In this document: positions 1 to 10,872 of the stretch, in pieces
Layout of the letters: each line of letters starts with the position of its first letter
Position numbering within the stretch: position 1 is the stretch's first letter
Source of the DNA: Candidatus Omnitrophota bacterium
GTDB lineage: Bacteria > Omnitrophota > Gorgyraeia > Zapsychrales > Fredricksoniimonadaceae
Length of the DNA stretch: 64,000 bases
Direction: 5' to 3'
NCBI GenBank assembly: GCA_044225175.1
Contig: JBGAJA010000002.1
Coordinates: 600,991-664,990, forward strand
The notes under the pieces: model-generated
Database searches by the model: none
What the model was told of the DNA's origin: nothing
What the model saw: only the letters and a program-made list of their open reading frames with translations
Translations under genes and position numbers: made by a program

Positions 1-1
1 C

Positions 2-2626
2 ATGGCCCAAAGCCAAATGTCGAAATTCAGCGGTGAGTTTGAGACTATTTCTAATGCATTGAATGAATTGCAAAACAAAGAATCGCAAGGTCTTGTGCGC
101 TTGCAAGAATTTACAGATTTAATTGAACATGAAACTGTCCTTATTGAAGAACTGGAAGGTCAGATCAACGAAATTAAGTCCCAGCAAATTCGTTTGGATA
201 ATGATATTGAAGTTAATGTGCGTCAAATTGGTTTCAATGAAGAACGTCTAGGCAATATTGATCAAACAGCTCTTCGTTTGGAAGCAGACAAAAAAGCAGC
301 TGTGGAGCGTTGTGGCCTCCATCAAAACAAAATTGAAGAGATTAAGACACAGTTGACACTAATTGCAGAATCAATAGCCTCTTTAACCAGTCAGTTAGAT
401 GAGAAGCGTCGTGGTTTAAATGGTCTAATGGTTCTCATTGAAGAGGCTAATGCTTTCTTAAAAGGTTCTTCTGAGCAAATTTTTGGTTTTAATTCGGCGC
501 AAGTACGGTTAAAGAATCAATTAACTGAAAATATGAAGCGTGGCATGGAACAAAATGCCCGCAAAAGCCGTTTGGAGCAGGAAAACAGTAAGGTCAGCCA
601 GGAAAAGACCCAAGTCAGTCAAAGGTTTGAAGCGATCACATATGCCATCAAAGATGTTCAAGGCCAGCTTGATTCACAGTGGGTAACCTTAAATGCTGCG
701 CGATCCAATGAAGCTCAGTTAAAAGATAGGCTTTCTCAAAGTGAAGCTAAGATAGATGAATTGGAGAAATCCAAGCTCTTTTTACTGTCCCAAAAGGATT
801 TTATTGCCAGAATGCAGCGCCAATATCAGGATAACCCTGATCCTATCATTGAAGGTCGTTTCATAGCTCCTGTCAAACCTACGGAGCTCCAGACTGGTAT
901 TATCGGTAAGGTTAAAAGCATTCAAGAAGTAGAAGGCGGTTTCGAGATTATTTATGAAACTAAGTATGTTGAGCTTGATTTAGTCCATATGGATGATCGC
1001 ATTACGGCGATTGATGCTTCCTTAGTTAATGAAAACACAGAAAAAAACGGCTTAATTCAGTCACTTGGTGAAATTAACTCAGCTATTGAAGTGGTTTTAA
1101 AGGATATTCAACAGCAAGAAAAGAAGATTTCTGTTTTGGAAGCCCAAAAGAATGATATTGAACTTGAGACAGGAAAGATCGTCGGGGAACTAGACTTGAT
1201 TAGCATGGAATTTGGGCAAATTGAATCGGCTTTAGCTCAGTTGCAAGTGGAAGAATCTCAATTATCTTTAGAGTTACAGGGAATTGATGGTCAGATTAAA
1301 CTCATTGAACAAGATATTCAAATCAAGCAAGAGGATGTTTCTCGCAAACAAAAAGAACGTGAAGACTGGAATTTGGCTATTGTTCAGTTGCAAGAACAGC
1401 TAAATGCCCTTCAAAGTCAGCAAAATAATTCTCAAGAAAATTTAAATCTTCATTCCCAGAACTTAGAACGGGATCTTTCTGATATCAGTCGTTTTGATCA
1501 AGAATATGAAGAATCCGTGGCAAAAAAGATTAAGATTAATGAAGACATTGCTAGCTTAGAAGTTGCTATTGAACATTTAAGATCTAAAAAGGAAGGTCTA
1601 AACACTTCTTTGGATCAAAATGTGGGTCAAAAAGCGGAAATGTCCCAGCGATTAAATGGTATTCGTTTAAATGCCAAAGCTATTGAAGATGAAATCATTG
1701 AATCCAAGAGCCAATTACACAATCTTCAAATGCGCCAACAGGAATTACAGTTTAGCCAGCGTTCCTTGAAAGAACGTTTATTACAAAGCTACAAAATTGA
1801 TTGGGAACAATGGCAAGCCAATGGTTCTCCTGAACCACAGCCTCAAACGATGGAAGTCTCTGAAAATGGAGATGTTTCCTCAATTGGTGTGACAGTGCCC
1901 CCACCAGCACTTAATGAAGAAGAGCTGGCTCTTGAAATCGAACGTTTAAAGAAACGTTGTGAGTCTTATGGGGCTGTGAATTTGGTTGCCATTGAAGAGT
2001 TTGAAGAACTCAAGAGTAGGTTTGAATTTCTAACCAAACAGCAAAGTGACCTTTTGACTGCCCGTGAACAATTGATGGGCACTATCCAGAAGATTAATCG
2101 TACGACCCGTCAAATGTTTACAGAAACTTTTGCTAAAGTCAACGATGAGTTTCGTGTGTATTTTAAGACGCTTTTTGGGGGTGGTGAAGCTGAGTTAGTG
2201 CTTTTGGATCCTGAAAATGCGTTAGAGAGCGGTATTGATATTGTGGCTCGTCCTCCGGGCAAAAAATTACAAAATATTAGTCTTCTTTCTGGTGGGGAAA
2301 AGACATTGACTGCAATAGCTCTAATTTTTGGGGTATTTAAGGTCAACCCATCTCCATTTTGTGTGCTGGATGAAATTGATGCGGCCTTGGATGAAAGCAA
2401 TGTCGGTCGTTATGCCAATCTTTTGAAGGAATTTGCCAAAATTGCCCAATTTGTGGTCATCACCCATAACAAAAAGACCATGGCCGTAGCCGATATTATG
2501 TATGGGGTGACCATGCAAGAACGCGGTGTATCTAGAATCGTATCAGTTAAATTTAACGAACTTAATCCTCACACAGTTCCCGCAGGCGCTCCCAGAGCCC
2601 TTGAAACCGCAACAGTCACAGTATAA
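2..2626 (+). CDS. smc: Chromosome segregation protein SMC (5'-truncated by window edge)
   Basis: Long coiled coil, GAVNLVAIEEF motif, C-terminal ABC head with LSGGEKTLTAIAL signature and CVLDEIDAALD Walker B/D-loop. Confidence 0.97.
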   Translation: MAQSQMSKFSGEFETISNALNELQNKESQGLVRLQEFTDLIEHETVLIEELEGQINEIKSQQIRLDNDIEVNVRQIGFNEERLGNIDQTALRLEADKKAAVERCGLHQNKIEEIKTQLTLIAESIASLTSQLDEKRRGLNGLMVLIEEANAFLKGSSEQIFGFNSAQVRLKNQLTENMKRGMEQNARKSRLEQENSKVSQEKTQVSQRFEAITYAIKDVQGQLDSQWVTLNAARSNEAQLKDRLSQSEAKIDELEKSKLFLLSQKDFIARMQRQYQDNPDPIIEGRFIAPVKPTELQTGIIGKVKSIQEVEGGFEIIYETKYVELDLVHMDDRITAIDASLVNENTEKNGLIQSLGEINSAIEVVLKDIQQQEKKISVLEAQKNDIELETGKIVGELDLISMEFGQIESALAQLQVEESQLSLELQGIDGQIKLIEQDIQIKQEDVSRKQKEREDWNLAIVQLQEQLNALQSQQNNSQENLNLHSQNLERDLSDISRFDQEYEESVAKKIKINEDIASLEVAIEHLRSKKEGLNTSLDQNVGQKAEMSQRLNGIRLNAKAIEDEIIESKSQLHNLQMRQQELQFSQRSLKERLLQSYKIDWEQWQANGSPEPQPQTMEVSENGDVSSIGVTVPPPALNEEELALEIERLKKRCESYGAVNLVAIEEFEELKSRFEFLTKQQSDLLTAREQLMGTIQKINRTTRQMFTETFAKVNDEFRVYFKTLFGGGEAELVLLDPENALESGIDIVARPPGKKLQNISLLSGGEKTLTAIALIFGVFKVNPSPFCVLDEIDAALDESNVGRYANLLKEFAKIAQFVVITHNKKTMAVADIMYGVTMQERGVSRIVSVKFNELNPHTVPAGAPRALETATVTV

Positions 2627-2747
2627 TTTTAAATAATATTTTTATCCAAAGAAAATGCTTTTCTTTTAAAGCCCTCTATGCTATAACTCTTTAAGTTTGA
2701 ATGAGATAAACGTTTTTAAAAATATAAAGAAAGTAGGGAGCGCTTCC

Positions 2748-2777
2748 TTGACATTGGCAGTTTTGAAATGTTATACT
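2748..2777 (+). promoter_or_regulatory. sigma70-type promoter upstream of cvpA-dnaG-rpoD
   Basis: TTGACA (2748-2753), 18-nt spacer, TG-n-TATACT (2772-2777). Confidence 0.7.
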
Positions 2778-2794
2778 TCCCTTAAGTCCAAGAA

Positions 2795-3394
2795 ATGAAC
2801 ACATTTACACACTTTTTACAGAGCATTAATTGGGTTGATGTAGCAATGCTGGTTTTGTTTATTCGTGTGGTTTTTATCGGAGTCAAAACTGGTTTCGTTA
2901 CAGAGCTTTTCAAGCTTTTAGGAATTTTATCTGCGATTTTTGTAGGAATGCATTACTATTCCTCACTGACAGATTTTTTGATCCAAAGGACCGGCTGGTC
3001 AGTTAACTGGTTAGCTTTTTTGATTTTTGTCATATTAGTTTCTATTGTTGTAGTAGCCATAACATTCTTTCGAGAAGGCTTCTTTATTCTTTTTAAATTT
3101 GAAACCACGCATGCTGGATTAAATCAATGGGGCGGTGGTGTACTTTCAGTGATCCGGGCAGTTTTTTTGGCAAGTTTAATTTTATATGGTATCCTTTTGA
3201 GTAATGTGCAGGTTCTACAGAAACAGACGTTCACATCCGTTTCTCACAAAATAGTTTTAAAAGTAGCTCCAAACACATATGCTTTTATTTTTAATAATTT
3301 TTTAGGAAAGATTTTTGCAAAAGAGAAATTTAATGATCAGGTTTTTATTGTCGTGTCTCAAAATGGCAGTGGTGTTGTAAAGCGTTTGAAGTAA
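2795..3394 (+). CDS. cvpA: CvpA (colicin V production) family membrane protein
   Basis: N-terminal NWVD..G...GF..E pattern, four hydrophobic segments, LNQWGGGVL resembling the CvpA DRxLG motif. Confidence 0.75.
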   Translation: MNTFTHFLQSINWVDVAMLVLFIRVVFIGVKTGFVTELFKLLGILSAIFVGMHYYSSLTDFLIQRTGWSVNWLAFLIFVILVSIVVVAITFFREGFFILFKFETTHAGLNQWGGGVLSVIRAVFLASLILYGILLSNVQVLQKQTFTSVSHKIVLKVAPNTYAFIFNNFLGKIFAKEKFNDQVFIVVSQNGSGVVKRLK

Positions 3395-3410
3395 TTTCGA
3401 GGAGCAGGTT

Positions 3411-5192
3411 GTGGGGTTGATTGCGCAAGATATTATTCGGCAAGTCATTGACCGAGCAGATATTGTAGAAGTAATTGGTCGCTATACAGCAGTTAAAAAA
3501 GCAGGAAGTAATTTTAAAGCTCTTTGTCCGTTTCATCACGAAAAAACACCTTCTTTTGTCGTTAATCCCGATAAACAGATTTTCCACTGTTTTGGATGCG
3601 GGGCAGGCGGAAATGTGGTGGCATTTATCATGCGCCAGGAACGTCTCGAATTTCCCCAGGCAATACGATTTTTAGCTGAGATGGTAGGAATTGAGATCAT
3701 CGAAGATGATCAAGGAAGTACAAATCCAGCTAAAAAGCTAAAAGAAGAGATTTATAAAGTCAATGCGCTGGCGTTAGAGTTTTTTCATCAAACGCTTTTA
3801 ACAAGCCGTGAAGATAATGCCAAGATAGCACGGGATTATTTAAAAGCTCGCGGCATTGACCTTGAAACGGTTAAAAAGTTTCAATTAGGATTTGCACCCG
3901 ATGAATGGGACAGTTTGATCGGGTTTTTGAAAAGTAAAGCAGTACCATTAGATGTGATGCAGCAAGCAGGGCTGATTATAGCCCGTGAGAAAGGCGGCTT
4001 TTACGATAGGTTTCGTGGCCGCATTATTTTTCCGATTTTTGACATTCACAGCCATCCCGTTGCATTTGGGGCTCGCGCTTTAAATGAGACAGATGGTGCG
4101 AAATACATTAACTCCCCGGAAACGCCGGTTTATACCAAAGGCCGTCATTTGTTTGGCCTTAATTTGACCAAGTCTTCCGTCGGAGATATTGATCACATCG
4201 TGATTGTTGAAGGGTATATGGATATGATTATGCCCTTTGTCCACGGAGTGAAGAATATAGCGGCTTCTCTTGGAACAGCGTTGACTGTTGACCAAATTAA
4301 ATTGATACGCCGCTATACTTCCAATGTGATTATGCTCTTTGATACAGATCCCGCAGGTCAGGCAGCGATCATTCGTTCCCTTGATTTGCTCATTGATGAA
4401 GATATCAATGTGAAGGTCGCAACACTAGCTCAAGGTGAAGATCCGGATTCATTTATCCGGCAATCTGGTCTGGAGGCCTTTCAGGAGCGTTTAAAGCAGT
4501 CTCAGAGCTTGTTTGAGTACAAATTTAACTGGCTATCTGGCCAGATAGATCCTCAAACAATTGAAGGAAAAGACAAAATCTGTAAAGAAATGCTTTTAAC
4601 GATTGGCCGTTTTAAGAGTGAAGTGACTAAGTTCGAATTGAAGCGTCTTTTGGCGCAGAAATTAAATGTGCCGGAAGAAGTTATTACTAAAGAGTCTCAA
4701 AGTACGAATATTTCTTCATTGAAGCCAAAGGTAAGTGTTCCTGAAGTTCAACAGAAACCAAAGGGCACCAACTTAGCTCCAAAGTCTTACGAAGAACTTC
4801 TCATTGCTCTTTTTATCGATGATCACGAATGGGTCCTTCAAGCTAAGGATCGAGTTACATCGGAGGATTTTACTCCAGGCGTAACGCGGGATATTGTAGA
4901 GAAAATTTGGCAGATGACTGAAAATAACAGCCAGTGGGATATGCCCCAATTAATGACTGAGCTTCCACAGGAAGCTACTCAAAGTCTGATCGCCAAGTTA
5001 GTTAGCAATACTCAAGCTCGTACCGGTGATGTGGCAAGAATTTTTGAAGATTGCCTGGAGCGTATTTACAAAGAACGATTAAAGAAACAAAAAGAAGACT
5101 TATTACAACAAATTAAAGACGCGGAAAGTAACGCGGATCATACAAAGCTCGATCAATTACGAGCGCAATTTCACGAACTTATAAAAAAATAG
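3411..5192 (+). CDS. dnaG: DNA primase
   Basis: CHC2 zinc finger [11 protein letters not shown]...[24 protein letters not shown], Toprim VEGYMD and FDTDPAG; GTG start with AGGAG RBS. Confidence 0.98.
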   Translation: MGLIAQDIIRQVIDRADIVEVIGRYTAVKKAGSNFKALCPFHHEKTPSFVVNPDKQIFHCFGCGAGGNVVAFIMRQERLEFPQAIRFLAEMVGIEIIEDDQGSTNPAKKLKEEIYKVNALALEFFHQTLLTSREDNAKIARDYLKARGIDLETVKKFQLGFAPDEWDSLIGFLKSKAVPLDVMQQAGLIIAREKGGFYDRFRGRIIFPIFDIHSHPVAFGARALNETDGAKYINSPETPVYTKGRHLFGLNLTKSSVGDIDHIVIVEGYMDMIMPFVHGVKNIAASLGTALTVDQIKLIRRYTSNVIMLFDTDPAGQAAIIRSLDLLIDEDINVKVATLAQGEDPDSFIRQSGLEAFQERLKQSQSLFEYKFNWLSGQIDPQTIEGKDKICKEMLLTIGRFKSEVTKFELKRLLAQKLNVPEEVITKESQSTNISSLKPKVSVPEVQQKPKGTNLAPKSYEELLIALFIDDHEWVLQAKDRVTSEDFTPGVTRDIVEKIWQMTENNSQWDMPQLMTELPQEATQSLIAKLVSNTQARTGDVARIFEDCLERIYKERLKKQKEDLLQQIKDAESNADHTKLDQLRAQFHELIKK

Positions 5193-5217
5193 ATTTACCA
5201 ATCAATCGAGGGTTAAT

Positions 5218-6816
5218 ATGGCAGAACAAGTTAAAGACAGAGATATTCAAGGCGATTTGGATAAGTTGGTATCTTTAGGTAAAAAGAAGGGATTCTTGAC
5301 CTATGATGAGGTCAATGAAAGCCTTTCTGATACCGTTGACTCTTCTGAAAATATCGATCAAGTCTTCGATATCTTAGATGGTCAGGAAATCAAAGTTGTT
5401 GATTCTGACGAAGAAGCTGCAACTCCAGGTGAAGAAGCTGCTAATGAGGAAACTCGTGAACAGCAAGTTCGTCGTGTCAGAGAAGAAAACAAAGAAGAAG
5501 ACGTTTATTCTGACAAATTCATTCCTCTAGACGATCCTGTCAAAATGTATTTGAAACAAATGGGATCTATTCCTCTTTTAACACGCGAAGAAGAAATTGC
5601 TTTGGCTAAGCGTATTGAAGAAGCAGAAATGAAATTCGCTGAATCTCTTTTTAAGACATATTTTGCCCGCAAAGAAGCAATTGCTATGATCAATGCGGTT
5701 TTAAAAGAAGAGATGAACGCAGAAGATGTTATTAAGGATGAGTTGGAACGTCGTGGACGTTTAATTAAAGATTTAGGTAAGATTTTAGAGAAAGTACGTC
5801 ATACCCGTGTAGGATCCGACATCTCAGCAAAATCCATTGCTGAATTCAAATTGACATCTACTGTCAACGAAGACATCGTCGGAAAAATTACTGAAATCAT
5901 TGACAATATCGAGCGCATTGACCGTATTTTAAAGGCCAAGAAAAATGCTCTTAATGCTCCTGAATTTAAAAAGCAAAGAGAAGCTCTTTTAAAAGAATTA
6001 GGCGAACCTGTTGAACGTGTTAAAAATCAACTGCGCGAAATTAAAACACGTCAATCCCGTTTCAACAAAGCCAAGAAGCTTTTAGTTGAAGCTAACTTGC
6101 GTTTGGTTGTTTCGATCGCTAAGAAATACATCAATCGTGGATTGTCTTTCTTGGATTTGATTCAAGAAGGGAATATGGGTTTGATCCGCGCGGTTGAGAA
6201 GTTCGAATATAAGCGTGGTTACAAGTTCTCAACATATGCCACATGGTGGATTCGTCAGGCCATTACTCGTTCTATTGCTGATCAAGCCAGAACAATCCGT
6301 ATTCCTGTCCACATGACAGAAACAATCAATAAAATCATCCGTGTTTCTCGCGTGTTCGTTCAAGAATACGGCCGTGAGCCAACAGCTCAAGAAATTGGTA
6401 AAGAAATGAGATTACCAATCAGCAAGGTCAAAGAAATCTTAAAGATCTCTCAAGTTCCTATCTCTTTGCAAACACCTATTGGTGACGAAGGTGACACGCA
6501 CTTTGGGGATTTTATCGAAGATAAAAAAGCTGTATCTCCTGCAAACGCAACGCTTCATTCTATGCTTAAAGATGAAATTACATCTGTCCTACAGACATTG
6601 GATGAACGTGAACGTAAGATTTTGGAATTACGTTTTGGTATTCATGATGGCACAAGCCGTACGTTGGAAGAGGTTGGTGCTGAGTTTAGCGTCACCCGCG
6701 AACGTGTCCGTCAGATTGAATCCAAGGCCCTTCGCAAGCTTCGCCATCCCACACGAAGCCGTCGTATTAAGTCCTTCTTGGACATGGCTGCTAAAGATGG
6801 GGAAGTAATTATCTAG
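5218..6816 (+). CDS. rpoD: RNA polymerase primary sigma factor RpoD
   Basis: [11 protein letters not shown] (region 1.2), [42 protein letters not shown]...TRERVRQIE; follows dnaG. Confidence 0.99.
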   Translation: MAEQVKDRDIQGDLDKLVSLGKKKGFLTYDEVNESLSDTVDSSENIDQVFDILDGQEIKVVDSDEEAATPGEEAANEETREQQVRRVREENKEEDVYSDKFIPLDDPVKMYLKQMGSIPLLTREEEIALAKRIEEAEMKFAESLFKTYFARKEAIAMINAVLKEEMNAEDVIKDELERRGRLIKDLGKILEKVRHTRVGSDISAKSIAEFKLTSTVNEDIVGKITEIIDNIERIDRILKAKKNALNAPEFKKQREALLKELGEPVERVKNQLREIKTRQSRFNKAKKLLVEANLRLVVSIAKKYINRGLSFLDLIQEGNMGLIRAVEKFEYKRGYKFSTYATWWIRQAITRSIADQARTIRIPVHMTETINKIIRVSRVFVQEYGREPTAQEIGKEMRLPISKVKEILKISQVPISLQTPIGDEGDTHFGDFIEDKKAVSPANATLHSMLKDEITSVLQTLDERERKILELRFGIHDGTSRTLEEVGAEFSVTRERVRQIESKALRKLRHPTRSRRIKSFLDMAAKDGEVII

Positions 6817-6837
6817 TTTAGTTAGTGAGAAGATAAT

Positions 6838-6873
6838 AAAAAAGCTACACTTGATCTAAAGTGTAGCTTTTTT
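6838..6873 (+). terminator. Intrinsic terminator after rpoD
   Basis: AAAAAAGCTACACTT-gatcta-AAGTGTAGCTTTTTT perfect stem with T-tract. Confidence 0.9.
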
Positions 6874-7059
6874 ATTTGTTTATACAATTTTTCCTAAATT
6901 GAATAATATTTTCGAATTTTTAAATAAATATGTATAACTGTATTATTTCCAATAGATTACAATTATGGCAGAATATTTGTAAATTTGCTTTTTTATTGAT
7001 ATGTGCTATCCTTTCAAAGTAAACGCTTTCCCCACAATGCCATTTAGGAGAAGATTGTT

Positions 7060-10000
7060 ATGATTAAACAGTTAATTGCTTCTGTAATTATTTTTACTTT
7101 TAGCTGTACATCAATTACAGTTCCGCAAGTCAGAGCTGCCCTGCCATTACAATTACCAGTTCCAGGAACAATGGTTAATTTAAGCCCAGCTTATGAGCCA
7201 GCTATTATTAAAGGTTTGACTGTTCATAAAAATAATCCCTTCCTATTTGATTTTATCGTTGATGTCGGCCAGGACAAAATGTCTGGCGAACCTCTCAAAG
7301 CAGAAGGTGAGAAGCTCATTAAGTATTTTCTCGCCAGTTTAGCTATTCCTGAAAAAGATTTATGGGTCAACTTATCTCCCTATGAAAAAGATAAAACAGT
7401 ACCTGAAGCATTAGGGCAGACGGATATGGGTCGAGACCTTTTGGCCCAAGATTATGTTCTCAAACAGATGACCGCATCATTGATCTACCCTGAAAAAGAT
7501 TTAGGTAAGAAGTTTTGGGATAAAGTCTATTCTAAAGCCCAAGCCATGTATGGCTCAGCCCAAGTGCCTGTTAATACATTTAATAAAGTATGGATTATAG
7601 CCGATAAGGCAGAAGTGTTTGAACGCAATCAAACCGCGTTTGTGGTGGGATCTCATCTCAAGGTCATGTTGGAAGAAGACTATTTGGCTATGAACAAGAA
7701 CCTGATGCCAACCAGGGGACATGTGAAAGCAAGCCAAGGGAAAACGGCTAATGCCTTAGCAAGCCAAATCATCCGCGACATCATCCTTCCCGAACTGGAA
7801 AAAGAAGTCAATACGGGTAAAAATTTCGCTAATCTCCGTCAGATCTTTAACTCAATTATTCTTTCCAGCTGGTATAAGAAAAATCTTAAAAATGCCGTCC
7901 TTAATCAAGTGTATGCCAATAAAGCCAAAATCAAAGGCATAGATTTAAATGATCCTACAGTTACAGAACAGATTTATCAGCAATATTTAAAAGCCTATAA
8001 GAAAGGTGTATTTAATTATATTAAGGAAGCCCCTTCGACTAACACTCACGGTAAGCTAGATAGCCAAACAATTCCACGCAAATATTTTTCTGGTGGTCTA
8101 TCAATACAAGGCACAGCTGCCGCTAATCCTGCGGTGGTGAGTGATCCAGCAGTGTTGGCTAATTCTTTGTCTAAAGATAGAAGCTTGGTTAGTTTTGAAA
8201 CCGGTATTAATACGGGTTTAAAGAGCATGAACGCGGCAATGGTGGTCAATATTACTCCTAAAGCTGTTCTTGAATCAGGAGTTTTAGGGGAAGGAAAGGG
8301 TTTGGATGAGAAAATTGCTTCTTTAAGATCTATTGCAGAAGTTGCTTCTGTGACTGAAGGGCATAGTCCTTTCTCAGGAGCGCGGACAGGATCACGTGCT
8401 TTTAACTATGTTGAGTCAACTTTAGGAAAATTTGAAACGAGAATTAAATTAGATTTAGAATTAAATAAATCTTCTTTAGAAAAGTCTGAACAAGAACTAT
8501 TGCAACTTATATTGGACACTTACAATAAATTATATTTACAGCATCGAATTGGATATTTTCCAAGCATTGTAGATACCCAGAGCTATATTTCTGGGTTTGC
8601 CAAAAAAGGGTCAGATGATTCATTAAAGGATGCTTTAATTGGATTGTCCGATTTCTTTGGAGGGTTTGAGCCTCGTTCTCACATTGATGAACCAACTAAT
8701 TATTCTGATTCCAGTTATTGGATATTAGTCTTGGTAGGTTCTTTATTAGTTCAAACTGGAGAATCTAAAGCAGATGATATCCAAAATCTTCTGGCAAAGA
8801 TTCTTCCGGCATCAGCTGCTCGAGCGCATGACTTTCTATCTTCGCGAGTAACTGCAAAATCTTCGTCTAAAGGGTTATCTGCAAATGAGATTCTCGATTT
8901 CATTGACTCTGATAATAAAGATGGCATTAAAAGAATATTTCAAGAACTATTCTTTTGGTTTGCTAGTGAATGGTCGAGCGAACCTGTTCCAGAGATTGTA
9001 AAGGAAGCAGCTTCTTTAAGGCAAAAATATATTGGATTAATATTAAGCGGAAGGCTCACTCTGGAGGGTATTGAAAAATTAAAAGAATATGGGCTGCTTG
9101 AAAAGATTGTTGATGGTTTAACTTTGGATTTATTTATGATCCATTTATTAGACTTTACAAAATCCGAAAATATTATGGATTTTGAAAGATTGACCCAACT
9201 GTTATCGGGTGAGGCATTAATCAATATGGGCAAATATCTGACTAGAATAACAATAGAATCAAAAGATAAAGAAGAGCCATACGTTGCTGGCCTAGAGGAA
9301 ATGAAGGACGTCTTACGCGTTCTTGCTGAGAAGAGATTTGTTAATGATGCGGGTGTGCGTGAAATGATTTTAAGAGAACTTGATGAAGAAGCTTATCTTG
9401 AATCAAAACGACGTCTAGAAGAACGTATGAGACGTGTTTTAGCAAGTCCTCTCCCTACTCATATGACAATCTATGATGGAAAAGAGTCTCAACCTAAGGA
9501 AACACATAGCATTTTCCAACCTCAAGACTTTGATCAATATAGAGATATGATTTTAAAGGGACAAGTGGATGAAGTCGTTCGTTTACTTGCTGAGGAATAT
9601 GCCATTCATCATAAGCTTGCCTTATCTAGTTTTTTTGGGGCATTTAATGAATGGAGTTTTTCAAGAAAATACGAGATTTTTGAGAAAAACGAAATGTTTC
9701 TCTGGTTTCAATTGGCTGATAAGATTCAGCAATTTTATCAAAGTAAAGGTGAGCTTTTTTATTTTGACCCGATGCATGACTCTATGGGTATCAAGAGTAT
9801 GCTTTTATTAGGTTTTACGTCCAAGATCTATGATCCTAACTGGAGAAAATTAATCACGGAGTTTTTGAATAATAAAATTAGCCCATGGAATTATAGTCAA
9901 GATTTTCGCAGGCAGTTTGCTGAAGAATTTGCAACAAGAATAAAAGAGAATTATGGGGTGTTGATGGAATCTAGGTCTCATGACGTGCTAGTAGAGAAAG

Positions 10001-10812
10001 AGGGTCTTCCAGTATTTTCTATACGTACAGCCCCTGAGGATGCTAATAACATTGTAAATATATTGCGTAAAGTTAATGCCATTTATGGTTCGGATGAGCT
10101 GGGAACAAATTTTAATGGTCTTTTAGATGCTATAGCACCATTTTATTCCACAGGTGATTCTTCTAATTCATCAGGAGGTGCCGATGAGGCAATGGTGACG
10201 GCACGCGCGTCATCAACTAAGGCAGTCAAGCCTAATTTCTTAACGGCAACTCTTCGTTTAAACAGGACGGAATTGCGTTCTACTATTCTACAAGACTTCG
10301 GATTCTCCGTTTCAGAACTTTTTGAGTTGAATCCTAGAATCAACAAAGATGATGGGTTTCTTAGAGAAGGACACTTTGTTAATATTAGGGTTAATAAGAG
10401 GACTCTAAGGCGTCTTATTAAGGCGGGGGTTGGAACATGGCAACAGCTTCAGGAAGGATCATTTCATACAAGTAGAGGTGTTCTTACAGAATTTCATGAA
10501 AATGGTGTTGCGATATCTTCTTATGAGGACTTGGTTAAAGAATTAGAGTCTTCCGACGCAGCGATGACAAAGAAAGAAGACGTTACGCGTGGGGGTATCG
10601 ACTTAAATACGTCTAGTGGTATGCAGTGGAAGATTGGCAAGGTTGGCAAAGGTGTTGAAATGGATATTGATCCTGCTATGATTCAGAAGATTCAACGGGA
10701 AGGGATTGATTGGGCGGTGCCTGTCATTTTAAGGATGACTCCAGTTGCAAGCATTTGGCCTCTGGTAGGACTGCAGGCGCCTTTCAAAGAGAAACGTTTA
10801 GCTAGAATTTAA
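7060..10812 (+). CDS. Large secreted modular protein (1250 aa): signal peptide, conserved N-domain, variable cargo, C-terminal GGIDL domain; paralog of 29458..37635
   Basis: AGGAG RBS and hydrophobic N-terminus. aa ~30-345 are highly similar to the paralog (e.g. KLIKYFLASL.IPEKDLWVNLSPYEKD, GRD.LAQDY.LKQ.TASLIYPEKDLGKKFW, IPRKYFSGG). C-terminal GGIDL...TP..S...L.GL is shared. Confidence 0.9.
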   Translation: MIKQLIASVIIFTFSCTSITVPQVRAALPLQLPVPGTMVNLSPAYEPAIIKGLTVHKNNPFLFDFIVDVGQDKMSGEPLKAEGEKLIKYFLASLAIPEKDLWVNLSPYEKDKTVPEALGQTDMGRDLLAQDYVLKQMTASLIYPEKDLGKKFWDKVYSKAQAMYGSAQVPVNTFNKVWIIADKAEVFERNQTAFVVGSHLKVMLEEDYLAMNKNLMPTRGHVKASQGKTANALASQIIRDIILPELEKEVNTGKNFANLRQIFNSIILSSWYKKNLKNAVLNQVYANKAKIKGIDLNDPTVTEQIYQQYLKAYKKGVFNYIKEAPSTNTHGKLDSQTIPRKYFSGGLSIQGTAAANPAVVSDPAVLANSLSKDRSLVSFETGINTGLKSMNAAMVVNITPKAVLESGVLGEGKGLDEKIASLRSIAEVASVTEGHSPFSGARTGSRAFNYVESTLGKFETRIKLDLELNKSSLEKSEQELLQLILDTYNKLYLQHRIGYFPSIVDTQSYISGFAKKGSDDSLKDALIGLSDFFGGFEPRSHIDEPTNYSDSSYWILVLVGSLLVQTGESKADDIQNLLAKILPASAARAHDFLSSRVTAKSSSKGLSANEILDFIDSDNKDGIKRIFQELFFWFASEWSSEPVPEIVKEAASLRQKYIGLILSGRLTLEGIEKLKEYGLLEKIVDGLTLDLFMIHLLDFTKSENIMDFERLTQLLSGEALINMGKYLTRITIESKDKEEPYVAGLEEMKDVLRVLAEKRFVNDAGVREMILRELDEEAYLESKRRLEERMRRVLASPLPTHMTIYDGKESQPKETHSIFQPQDFDQYRDMILKGQVDEVVRLLAEEYAIHHKLALSSFFGAFNEWSFSRKYEIFEKNEMFLWFQLADKIQQFYQSKGELFYFDPMHDSMGIKSMLLLGFTSKIYDPNWRKLITEFLNNKISPWNYSQDFRRQFAEEFATRIKENYGVLMESRSHDVLVEKEGLPVFSIRTAPEDANNIVNILRKVNAIYGSDELGTNFNGLLDAIAPFYSTGDSSNSSGGADEAMVTARASSTKAVKPNFLTATLRLNRTELRSTILQDFGFSVSELFELNPRINKDDGFLREGHFVNIRVNKRTLRRLIKAGVGTWQQLQEGSFHTSRGVLTEFHENGVAISSYEDLVKELESSDAAMTKKEDVTRGGIDLNTSSGMQWKIGKVGKGVEMDIDPAMIQKIQREGIDWAVPVILRMTPVASIWPLVGLQAPFKEKRLARI

Positions 10813-10835
10813 ATCTTCAAAAATGTATTGATGAC

Positions 10836-10872
10836 AAAAGAGAGTAATCTTAAAAAAGGTTGCTCTCTTTTT
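10836..10872. terminator. Bidirectional terminator between the convergent giant ORF and gspD
   Basis: AAAAGAGAGTAATCTT-aaaa-AAGGTTGCTCTCTTTT stem with A/T tracts on both sides. Confidence 0.75.
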
